From Anthoceros angustus (taxonomy: Eukaryota; Plantae; Anthocerotophyta): a stretch of DNA of 64,000 bases. The position numbers and the translations under genes are program-made. Below, one piece after another: positions 23,683-34,075 of the stretch. The DNA is taken from assembly GCA_010909165.1 (NCBI GenBank), contig MU008159.1:682001-746000 (forward strand), read 5' to 3'. The notes beneath the pieces were generated by a model. It saw nothing but the letters and a program-made list of their open reading frames with translations. It searched no databases and was not told the DNA's origin. How positions within the stretch are numbered: the first letter of the stretch is position 1; every line of letters begins with the position of its first letter.

Positions 23683-24462
23683 GCTTCGCAGCATACTTGT
23701 CATGAACATAAATAATAAATTATTAATGATAAATAGAAATAGAAAAATATAGGATAAGTATGAGACAGGACTGGAGTTTGTAGGAAGTAATTAACGGCAT
23801 GCCTGACACAAATCTGGGAAGACAGTATATAAATGAGAAGCCGCCCATATGGAGGGAGCTATGTGAATTCAAAGTAGATGTTACCTTGTTTCATGGGTAT
23901 AGTATATATGTAGAGCTAGATTTGTCGAGTATATATGTAGAGGGGTAAAGTTTTCAAGGTCTTGCTGGATTTGAATCATTAGGAGAAAGATAACTGTGTC
24001 TATATCTAAAAGAGAGTACTATGAATTTGGAGATGAAAGGCACGTCACACCCCTCATCATTCGATAGAGGCTATGGTTGGTAGTGCCGACATTAGGGTCA
24101 AAGAGTCATTCACGCAAGTTCCATTAGAGGTTTTTGATATTTGCATCCTTGTTTAGTGAGGATTTGTTTGACTGGCAAAATGTGCTACAGAGAGAGAGCC
24201 ATGGGAGGGAGCGATTGCGAGAGGATGTAAGAGGATGTGCGAAGAAGTAGGAGGATGCTGGAGGGAGCGATGGCACATGCACGAGCATGAAAGTAATATT
24301 GTCGGGACCAAAATATGAGGGATCAATCCTAGGATATGGGTGCATGTGGATTGAAGTGAAAGTTTGGAAGTTCGGAAACGCTTGGGATACAATGTGGCCA
24401 TGCTCTTTCCACTTCCTACGGTCTATTTTTCCTCATCTTCATCATCATGTCTTCCATGCGAA

Positions 24463-24608
24463 TTGTTGTGGGTGGCACAATAGCAGGGTTCGGGGCGCAT
24501 TGTTTGTTGGGGGTGGCACAATAGCAGGTCCAGGGCGCATTGTTGGGGGTGGCACAATAGCAGGGTCCGGTGCGCATTGTTGGGGGTGGCACAATAGCAG
24601 GGTCCGGG
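24463..24608 (+). repeat. 37-bp minisatellite x4
   Basis: ttgttgggggtggcacaatagcagggtccgg.gcgca repeated four times. Confidence 0.95.
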
Positions 24609-24645
24609 AGGTCGTGATGGCGGGGCCGGCGGTGAGCTGGGCTCC

Positions 24646-24882
24646 AGGTTTAGGGTTTAGGGTTTAGGGTTTCGTAGGTTTAGGATTTTGCGGCAGCTGA
24701 TCCTCTAGGTTTAGGGTTTCACAAATTTAAGGTTCCGCAAGTTTAGGGTTTTGTGGCCGTTGATCTTCTAGATTTAGGGTTTCACAAATTTAGGGCTTCA
24801 CAGGTTTAGGGTATTATGGCAGCATCTTCCAGGTTCTACAGGTTTAGGGTTTTACAGCAACTGATCTTCCAGGTTCAGGGCT
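24646..24882 (+). repeat. Interstitial telomere-like array: (TTTAGGG)3 followed by a ~63-bp higher-order repeat containing TTTAGGG units
   Basis: Perfect (TTTAGGG)3 at 24649-24669. Further single copies near 24710, 24742, 24773, 24789, 24805 and 24843, embedded in a gc..ctgatc.tc.agg/atttagggtttcaca unit. Confidence 0.9.
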
Positions 24883-24897
24883 ATATTTGACAAACTA

Positions 24898-27075
24898 ATG
24901 AGAGATCTTCACCCGGCTCCAGATGTCCCCATCCCACCGAATATCTTGGAATTTATGGCTGAGGAGCCCTTTTGTCTAGACAGAATGGTTTTTGGTCGCG
25001 CTTTAACTACCGCCCCGCGGCTCTCTTCTGGGGGTCTTTCTGGCACTGTCTATGATATCCTCCGTGACTACTTCTCTCCCGAGGATTCTTCTAGTGGTTT
25101 TTTGGAGCTCTTTATCCTGACGGTGGCTATGGCACGGGGTGAGACCCTCATCGGGTTTCACGGGTGTTGGGGGCCGACACACTTTTGGCTATGGAGAAGC
25201 CTACATCGGGGGTGCGCCCTATCGCCATGGGAAAGGCATTCCTACATCTTATTAGTCGCAGCATTGCCCTCCAACTCAGGGAGAAATTCCGGGCTCGTCT
25301 TAGCCCCAAGCAATTTGGCATCGCCATCCCAGGGGCTGCGAGATAGTGAGTTTTGGAGTCGAGGCGGTTCTTGTGGGAGTGCCTCTTTCCGTCGGTGGCC
25401 AAGGACACCCACATCTTTGGATCGGTAGACAAAGTCAAAGATGCTTTTCGACCTCTTCTCCTTGGAACTCTCCCGCCTTGGCATGAAGGTCAAGATCTTG
25501 AGGTGCAAGGTTTGGTCCCCGTCAGGTATTACGCCCCTCTTCATTATCCCACGGGAGATATTGATTCCCCACAGGGCTGTAGGTCCTTGGAGTCCTGGTC
25601 GGGCCCCTGGGCTTTACACGGGAATTTGTGGATGCTGCTTTGAAAGAGGATCTTGCGCATATCGACGACCTCTCTAGGTTGGTTGGGCGACACACAGGTG
25701 GCCTTTGGCATCCTCTCTTCCTGCTTCGCGCGCCGCCCTAGGTACCTCATTTCCACTGTCCCCCCCTCTGGTTTTTCTTTCTCAACTTGGAGATTTCGAC
25801 AAGCAAGTTATGCAGTCTCTGGGAGACATTATCAGCCCAGGTTCCTTTGAATGTGTGGCCGGGGACCTCGCGCGGTGATAGGCGTCCCTCCCATTCACTT
25901 TTGGTGGCACAGGTCTTTTGGCCATGGAGGCCTTGGTGCCAACGGCTTTTCTAGGAAGCTGGGCCCTCTCGACCCCCGATTTTGGCCCTTTACTTCCTTA
26001 TCCGAGATAACAACATTTTGGAGAATTTTGTCGCAGGAGTTGAGGAGGGGTGCTTCCCCCTTGAAGTGTCCCTAAGGTCGGCTAGGGACCTCTTACGCCC
26101 TTTGGCCAGGGAAGCCATGCCTCCTTTTTCCTCGTTTCTCGCAGACGGGCTTTGGAGGTTGTAGGCTTTTCTCCAGGAGAAGCATTATGGGCAGGTGCTG
26201 CAAGGTCTTCTTTTGGATTCATCTATTGCTCATCCCGCTAGAGCTCGCCTTCGCTCTTGCTTAGAGAAGGGTGCAGGTTCCTGGCTTCTGGCCCGCCCTT
26301 GCATCCAGGCATTCTGAATCGCACCAGCTTCTTTTTCTACCACGCTGAGGTTTCGCCTGGGTCTGGTCCAACCACTAGCCTGTTCTCATCTGGCCTGCTG
26401 AGCCATGTGGGGCCTCCATCGACGACCCTGGGGCCCACTTAGCGCGTTGTCCAATGGATGGACAACATATTGCTACAGAAGACGTCGTCCAAGACGTCAT
26501 ATTCTCGATGCCAAGGAGAACGGTTTCTTCCCTTTCAAGGAGCGGCAGTATACTCTGCTCAATGGCAGCTCTATCAGAGCTGACCTTTTCTTGACGGGGG
26601 AGGACGAGGTCTCGGTTGCGGACGTGGTTGTCACTGACCCAACCAGAGATATCTGTTAGCGAGCATGTCATCATCAACCCTCTAGGTTGGGCGGTGGAAG
26701 GGAGCGCAACTAAAAAAATTTACAAGTATAGGCCCATGCAGCAAGGTCACATTTTCATCCCCCTTGCCATTAAAACCCATGGGGCCTTGGGTAAGGTTTT
26801 TTCTCGTTTCATCAAGGAGTGTATAAGGGCCTACCACAACGACAGGGGCAGGGTTAAGCGCCATCTTTAGGACGATCACGAGTGCTAGAGATGCGGCATC
26901 GGCGGCACCATTGGTAAGTAGGCCCTTCCCTATCTCGGACTGCGATATCTTGGGGGCGGTTGGGGGTTATAGGGTAGAGTAGTGCGGGGGCACGCCCCCC
27001 TGGCCTGGTGCCCCATTGTGGGTTGTCCCCTTTCGCCTCGGAGTAGATGGGATTTCCCATCTCATTCTTTTTATA
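24898..27075 (+). mobile_element. Degenerate CRE-clade non-LTR retrotransposon (RT + restriction-like endonuclease), frameshifted, apparently 5'-truncated
   Basis: RT-region motifs LHP..., SSGGLSG, LLAMEKPTSGVRPIAMG.AFLHLISR, LSPKQFGIAIPG and LSRLGMKVKILRCKVWSP. Also LGDTQVAFGILSSCFARRPRYLISTVPP, and RLE motifs RADL.....VADVVVTDP and KKIYKY....HIFIPLAIKTHGALG. The 3' end has hairpins and a T-rich tail. The catalytic YxDD segment appears deleted. Confidence 0.75.
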
Positions 27076-27084
27076 AAGTCTCCA

Positions 27085-27235
27085 CATTCCTATCACGGAA
27101 ACAGGCCATATGGTTAAAATTTTTTCAGCAATTTCATTTCACTATGAGGTATCGGGTAGGCAATCAGAATCAAGTTGCGGATTACTTGTGCCATCATGCT
27201 CCAGGTAGGCAATAAGAATCGAGTTGCAGAGGTCT
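27085..27235 (+). mobile_element. Ty3/gypsy RNase H C-terminal fragment
   Basis: LSRKQAIWLKFFQQFHFTMRYRVGNQNQVADYL resembles the gypsy R.QARW.EFLQQF.F.I.Y.PG..N.VADALS motif. It is followed by a partial 48-bp duplication. Confidence 0.6.
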
Positions 27236-27309
27236 TAAGCCGTCATCTGAAAAATCATATTTTTGAGAACATCCTTTTGCCACTAATGCGGCCTTATATC
27301 TCTCCACCA

Positions 27310-28545
27310 CATCATCTATATGGAAATACCTGAGGGTATACAAATTAAAGACAAGGCAAAATATAATGCTTGTAAATTACTAAAGTCATTATATGGGTTT
27401 AAGCGAAGTGCCATGAAATGGTATTTCAAGCTAGATGTTAGTCTTAAGTCTTTAGGTTTTACTAGACTATATTCAGATGATAATATTTATATTAAGAGAT
27501 TAAGTGGCCATTTTATTGTCCTAGGAGTTTACGTTGACGACATAGATCTTATGTCTAATTTCAAGGTTATCTTAGAGGATACTAGATTAATGCTTGCAAA
27601 GAGCTTCTCCATGACAACATGCTGAGAACTTTCATTTTGTCTAGGCATTCAAATTCTAAGAAATAGGGCAAACAGAAGTATTTTCATTCACCAGTCTAAG
27701 TATAATCAGGAAGTTCTTACCAAGTACAACCTATCTTCACACCTATGGAGGCTAATTTGAAGCTCAAAAAAGAGGAGGATCAACAACATGAAATGACCTC
27801 TTCCAACATCAACCAGCTACCATATTCCTCTGCTATCGGAAGTCTTATGTACCTCATGGTCTGCACTAGACTAGACCTTGCTGTTTCAGTGGGAGCATTA
27901 TCTTAGTTCTTAGCATCTCCGTCTCAGGCTCATTGGAAAGCAGCTAAGTGGGTGTTTAGATACTTGAGAGCAACTTCCAACACCGGACTTTTATACCAAT
28001 CATCGACCAAGCAAGGACAACCTCTACAACTTGAAGGTTATAGCGATGCAGACTGGGCAGGGAATGCTGACAACAGGAAAAGTACAAGTAGCTACGTTTA
28101 TATGCTCGGCGGAACAACAACGAGTTGGAGTAGCAAGCGATAACAGGTGGTGGCACTCAGCTCAACCGAAGCTGAATATTATTCACTCACTCATGCTTGC
28201 AAGGATGGCCTATGGTAGCTTTTACAGTTATCGGAACTCGCGGAAGCCCAACAGATACCATGGCCACTGCGATAATCAGAATGCCATAGCACTCACTTAC
28301 AATCCGAAGTTCCACGCGAGGACTAAGCATATAGAAGTTCAATTCCATTTCATGAGACAAGTGGTAGAAGATGGTAAATTTAAAGTCTTATATTTACTAA
28401 TAGAGCAGATAACGGCTGACGTGCTAACCAAAGCACTTTTCTCCGTCAAGCACAAGCAACACGCAACTGAGATGGAACTTAGGAGCCTATCACAAGCAAC
28501 TAACGAAATGCAACACTAAGAATCCTAAACGTTAAGTGGGAGTGT
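27310..28545 (+). mobile_element. Degenerate Ty1/copia RT-RNase H with PPT and start of 3' LTR
   Basis: IYMEIPEG, LLKSLYGFKRS, LGVYVDDI, YSSAIGSLMYLM, LEGYSDADWAG and NPKFHARTKHIEVQFHF, with stops and frameshifts. PPT aagtgggag at 28534-28542 is followed by TGTT at 28543. Confidence 0.92.
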
Positions 28546-30049
28546 TAAATTGATAACCCCTAGCCCTTAGGGCACGGTTTGTAAGGTCATGGATATCAAT
28601 CGTTACTCGATGAAACGGTTAGGTTACAGACGCAGCGTTTCGGTCTCACACACTTCTGTATATAACACTGAACATTGACATTCAATCTAAGCAAACTTAC
28701 AATCTCCCAAAATCCTTGCTTGAATTACGTGATAATTACTTTGCAGGGTTTTTCGTAACTCATACGTTTCCTCTAAAATAAGCTGACGATGTCCTCTTCC
28801 ATCCTGTGTAACTCACTTTCAGCCCTCCTGGATGAAGCAGATCATCCACGGAAATCCGGAGGCACGTGAATTATCTCTAGTTAAGGACCTCTTGATTTCT
28901 ATGTACGAGGAGCGCTATGCAGATGCAGGTCTGTCACATGAGCATTGTTTTTTTTATTCGGATCTTAACACCCTCGGCATGTTTGATGATGGGTACTGTC
29001 GGACTTTGCAGCTCGCCTGCGAGACGAGTTGAAAGCGTTTCGTTGTACTACTGAAGCTTCTGAGCCAGGCTGAATAGGTACTGGGTTTATCATGAACCAT
29101 TCATGTCGTATCTTGTCTTTGGCATGTAGGCTCTGTGACACAATGCTACTAGCAATGTGTGAGGTTTTGCAGGCTTGACAATTGGAGCTGAAGGCAAGGC
29201 CTTTTTCCCATGTTTTGTTTCGTATTGTCCATATTGTGCATAACAACAGCCATCAACTGGGAACACCAGGGCGGCATATTGACGTCTTGATCGCCGCCAA
29301 GGCTAGTGGCTGTGAACCTGCCCATGATTCGGAGCATGGATCCATGCTCCATGTAGATAGATACTCATTTAAGGTTGTGAACGTTCACAGTCCATTTCAG
29401 AGTACCTATCTCAGAACACAAATAGCACATAGTCTGAACTTCATTATGAAAGGAGAGTTTTACACATCGGCCCAAAACAGGAAGGACGGCAGGGACAGAA
29501 ACGAGCCGAGGGCAAGGCGACGAAGCCCGAGCAAAGGACAACAGGCAGGCATAGCCCAGGAGGATATTATCTGTAGACCACCCACTGCTGTCCACAAGCC
29601 TATCCCAGGCCCAGGCATAGCATAATGCTGGAGGATATTACGTGGGGACCATTTGCAATCTTATCCCAGCCAGAGCATAGATGCTGGAGGATATTATGTG
29701 GGGGATATCCCCAAACCCACAAGCGTATCCCAGTCATAACATCACTACGCATGTATGTGTCTGCCGCCCTCGATAAGACCAAACCGTTTCCCAAATTTAC
29801 ACAAGTCTTCACAGGCCTGTGTGGCTCGCTACGATAGCAACGAGCTCGCTGGTTGTGTCAAACACGCTTCTCCGAAGCCGAGCTGGTGGGACATAGCAGT
29901 GTTTTCACGCTCAGTGTCCAATGATGTGGATGAGGCAGGAGAGCTCATGATCAAGACCTGCTGCCACTGCCACAACTGCCATCGATGACAACAATGACCT
30001 GATAGATAGTTCCCACAGATGGTAAGTTGCAGGTTGGAAATCGACCACT

Positions 30050-30174
30050 TGAGACCCAGTCGGGGAATTCATGCGGTAATCAACCAAGCAAACCGATATC
30101 TAGCATAGAGAAAACCCGCCGACTTCTATCCCCTGTTCTGAACTTGTTGGCAGGCCGGCCCCCAAGATCCACAC
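30050..30174 (-). pseudogene. Inverted partial duplicate of NPF exon 2 and the start of the following intron
   Basis: The reverse complement reads tgtggatcttgggggccggcctgccaacaagttcagaacagggg...gaagtcggc..gttttctct, matching 30698-30775. Weaker similarity (ttggttgat, tgggtctc) continues into the intron. Confidence 0.9.
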
Positions 30175-30456
30175 ATGTACACCGGTCGGAATCTGCACAA
30201 AAAAATGGTGGATTCCCGACCTGGATCCTGGTCCGCCATGGCCACCTCCAGAAGCGTCACCCGCCGCCACGCCGGCCGAGCTCTCGGTCCCGCCGTGCCG
30301 GCCACCGGCGCGTTTTTAACGTGCTCGATTTCCTTTCCTGGCTACAGCAGCAGGCGAGCTCAATAAGTCTCCCGGCACGCTCTTGTCCTGAGAAGATTGA
30401 ATGGCAATGCAGCTTGCTGCGCGACCGACGTGAACGCGCGCAATCGGCAAACAAAC

Positions 30457-32928
30457 ATGGTATGTATGTGCGCGGATTGAAAGAAGTGGAAAGAAAGTGA
30501 GAAAAATGAAGCGGAGGAGTGGAGGGGAAGCTCCCTAGGTGATGGTGGGTTGTAACAATGCGTGATGTGCGCCTACCTGTAGGTGTTGTCAAGCTCGCCG
30601 GGGAGTTCCGGGGCGGATCTGGTGAGCCCGAATGGTGATGGCTATGGCGTCCTTGACAAGAGCGGGGACGGGGTTGCGAGCTCCGTCACCGACGGGTCTG
30701 TGGATCTTGGGGGCCGGCCTTCCAACAAGTTCAGAACGGGGTCATGGAAGTCGGCCAGTTTTCTCTTCGGTAGACATTCATTTGATTGATTGATTGGTTG
30801 ATCACTGCAAAAAATCGTGATTGGGTCTCGATCCAGAGTACCTACGCGTGGATGCTTGATGATCAATTGGGTGACAGTCGATGAATCTGGATCCCTGTGC
30901 ACAAGCAAGCGGAGTATGGTGAAATGTGATTGCAACGTGTGGAATTGGTGGTGGCAGGAGTTACGTTCGCCGACATGGCGATTGTCTTCGGCGTGTCGGC
31001 CAACATCTTCTCCTACCTGCTCTTCACCATGCACTTGTCTCCGGCCAGGGCAGCCAACATAGTGACCAACTTCATGGGCACCACCTACATGCTGCCCTTC
31101 TTCTGGGCCTTCGTGTCCGACGCCCATCTGGGCCGATACCTGACCATTTGCTTGTCCCTTGTCATCGCGCTTGCTGTAAGAACTAGCAGCCGCACCTCAC
31201 TGTGATCCTTGCTTCAAGTCTTGGTTTCTGGAGAGTGCATGTCGGCAAGTGAGCTGATGCACACCGTTTGTACAATTGTGCTGCTCATGATCAGGGCCTG
31301 ACTATCATGACGATGCAATCTGCCGTTACGTCCCTGCTTCCTCCTCTTTGTGTTTCGTACCCCGAGTGCCCCGCAACCGAAGCCAAGATCCTCAACTTGT
31401 TTCTAGCAGGCTTGTTCTTGCTCAGTGTTGGGTCTTCGGGACTCAAGCCCTGCGTCTCATCGCTGGGGCAGGACCAGTTCGACCTAGGCGATCCTGTGGA
31501 GAGGGAGCAGGCCAAGCACTTCTTCACTGGGTTTTACTCTTTTCTCAACCTCGGTGTTATTGCTAGCGTCACCTTGGTCACCTGGGCATCCACGATAGCC
31601 TATAAGTGGGCATTCCTTACTATGACCCTCATGGCTGTTCTGGCCACCATTCTTTTCTTCCTGGGAACGCCCTTCTACCGGTGAGTGCATGATGTCTGAA
31701 TCCAGGATCGTTGAATTAGCCTGTTGAAGTTTAGAGCAGTCTGGCAGCAGGAAATCATTGCACTGATGTTGCACCACCATCTTCCCTCATGTGGCCCAGG
31801 CACCAGAAGCCATCAGGAAGCGCTTTCACTCAACTGGCTCAAGTGGGTGTGGCTGCTTTCTCCAATACTCACCTTGCATTGCCTGCAGACAGCTCGGAGC
31901 TATACGAGCTGGATGATAGGGATCTGGCAATGAGAGGCGTCCGGAAGATCTCTCACACAGACAGGCTACGGTAAGCTCGCGACGCAAAACATCCCTTAAC
32001 AGTCTCACCGTACCCCAGGAATTGGAATGGTGGATGTGCTGATACATTTTCCCTGACTTGTGTGGCTGGCAGGTTCTTGGACAAGGCAGCCATCAGAAAA
32101 GAAGGAGAGACCAGCAACTGGAAGCAGTGCACGGTGACGCAAGTGGAGAACCTGAAAGCCATCATCCAGCTCCTCCCCATCTGGTTCACCAACCTCATCG
32201 TCTACACCCTCTTCGCCCAAGTGCTGTCCTTCACGCAGCAGCAAGCCATCAGCATGAACCGGCACATCGGCAGCGGCCACTTCCGCATCCCTGTTCCCTC
32301 CATCATCATCTTCCTCATAGTATCCGCATTCGTGTCCGTGGCTTTCTGGGAGACGGTGGTGGTGCCAGTGGCCAGGCGCTACACAGGCCATCCCCTGGGC
32401 TTCACCAACCTCCAGCGCATCGGGGTGGGCCTGGTGGCCGCCATCTTCTCCATGGTGGCCGCCGCCCTGGTGGAGGACAAGAGGATCAGCCTCATCAAAC
32501 AACATCACATCACGCCCCCTGAAACCCAGGCAGGACTGGTCCCCATGTCCGTCTTTTGGCTGCTGCCGCAGTACATGATCCTGGGGTTCGTGGAGTTCAT
32601 CCTGGGAGTCCCCCAGCTCAAATTCTTCTTCGAGGAGGCCCCCGACGGGATGAAGAGCGTGGGCACCGCCTTCTACTTCACCGCCGTCTCCATGGGCTAC
32701 TTCTTCTCCACCATTCTGGTGAACATCGTGAACGCCTCCACCAAGAACTGGCACGGCGGCTGGCTCAGCGTTGGGGGTCTCATGGCCGGAGGGCTGGAAT
32801 GGTTCTACTGGCTCCTGGCCGGCATCGTTGCTGTCAACACCGCCCTCTTCATCCTCTTCGCCTACCTGTACGTCCCTAAGAAGGTGGCTGCTCCAGAGCC
32901 TCTCCAAGAAACTGCCCATGATCTCTAA
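30457..32928 (+). CDS. NPF: NRT1/PTR family (NPF) MFS transporter, multi-exon
   Basis: ATG-only first coding exon (30457-30459|gtatgt), acceptor at 30582. Motifs DLGGRPSNKFRTGSWKS, ANIVTNFMGTTYMLPFFWAFVSDAHLGRY, GLKPCVSSLGQDQFD, QRIGVGL, FFFEEAPDGMKS and FYWLLA. Stop at 32926-32928. Confidence 0.92.
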
Positions 32929-33488
32929 CCATCTCCTTTTTATTATCTTCCATCCTTCCATCCCCTGCCCTCCCATCTACCTGCAATTTTGTTCAGCCTT
33001 CATCATCGTCTTTGGAAGGCAAGCAGGGCCAAGCATGAACTTGGTCGTAGCTTTACCACAGGCGGCCGGGCCTTCTACAACAAGCGGCCCCGTACGGCTT
33101 TACCATAGGAGATGGATGGCACCCGATCCTAGCAGTGATCGGACCGACGGGTGTTTAACTGTGCAGTTCTCGGGCTTCTCCTTTTTGATGCGCCCCTTAA
33201 TCTTATCTCCTATGTCACCTATCCTTGTTTAGCAGTCTATCCTTCTCACACTTCCTCGTTCATGGGTTTGGGTAATCTATTTTTTATTTTATCTATTTAT
33301 CTTCAAGTCTTATACCAGAGCATATTATAAATGACTGGCACTTAGCAGGCTACCTCTATTTAACTACCTCTATTTAAAATCACTCCATTCTTTCGATCTT
33401 ATGTGTGCACTTTTTTATAGAGAAATATTATGTGTGCATTCCCCTTCAATGGCAATGATGAGAGCAATCCTCATAACACGATGAGAAC

Positions 33489-33602
33489 AAGAGATACAAC
33501 CTCCACAACCACAAGAGACTCAACAACGACAGATATGTAGGCAAGAGACTCAAGATACAACCTCCACAACCACAAGAGACTCAACAACGACAGATATGTA
33601 GG
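33489..33602. repeat. 61-bp tandem duplication
   Basis: gatacaacctccacaaccacaagagactcaacaacgacagatatgtagg at 33493 and 33554. Confidence 0.9.
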
Positions 33603-33875
33603 TCTTTCCATCTCCCCGAATAATATATATGAGACACTAATATAAATACTTTACTTATTTTACTATCTCAAGGCATTTGAGTGGTAAACAATTCAAGTTA
33701 ACAAGGTTATGTGAAATCATTTGTGAAGTTGATAGTAAAACTCTTAGTGTTTCCTTTATAAACATGTGATATCATAAGTGAAGGTTTTTACCACAAAAGT
33801 TCGAGGGTCATGGTCCTACTATCATGTAGTCATGCGTCATACACACACTACAATCGTCACATACGCAAACACTGC

Positions 33876-34075
33876 TTAAGTGCTATGACCGCAAACATGT
33901 AACACGGCTTAAGTGCTACGACCGCAAACCAGCCACTCTTTAAGTGCTATGACCGCAAACCAGCCACTCCTTAAGTGCTATGACCGCAAACCAGCAACAG
34001 CTGGTATTGCATACTTACACTACTCCTTAAGTGCTATGACCGCAAACCAGCAACTGCTGGTATTGCATACTTACA
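33876..34075. repeat. Minisatellite with conserved 21-bp core TTAAGTGCTATGACCGCAAAC x5
   Basis: Core at about 33876, 33909, 33940, 33971 and 34027; the intervening segments are related to one another. Confidence 0.92.

Noticed and set aside
23160-23710. Possible decayed Clp-N (Clp R) domain on the minus strand (TFSQATRKAISLAQ; HYCCGRLFLAL)
   Set aside because: The similarity is only impressionistic, spread over different frames and interrupted by stops. HHpred would be needed.
33876-34075. CRISPR-like repeat-spacer appearance
   Set aside because: The 'spacers' are related to each other and uneven (about 10-35 bp), there are no cas genes, and the context is eukaryotic. It is a minisatellite.
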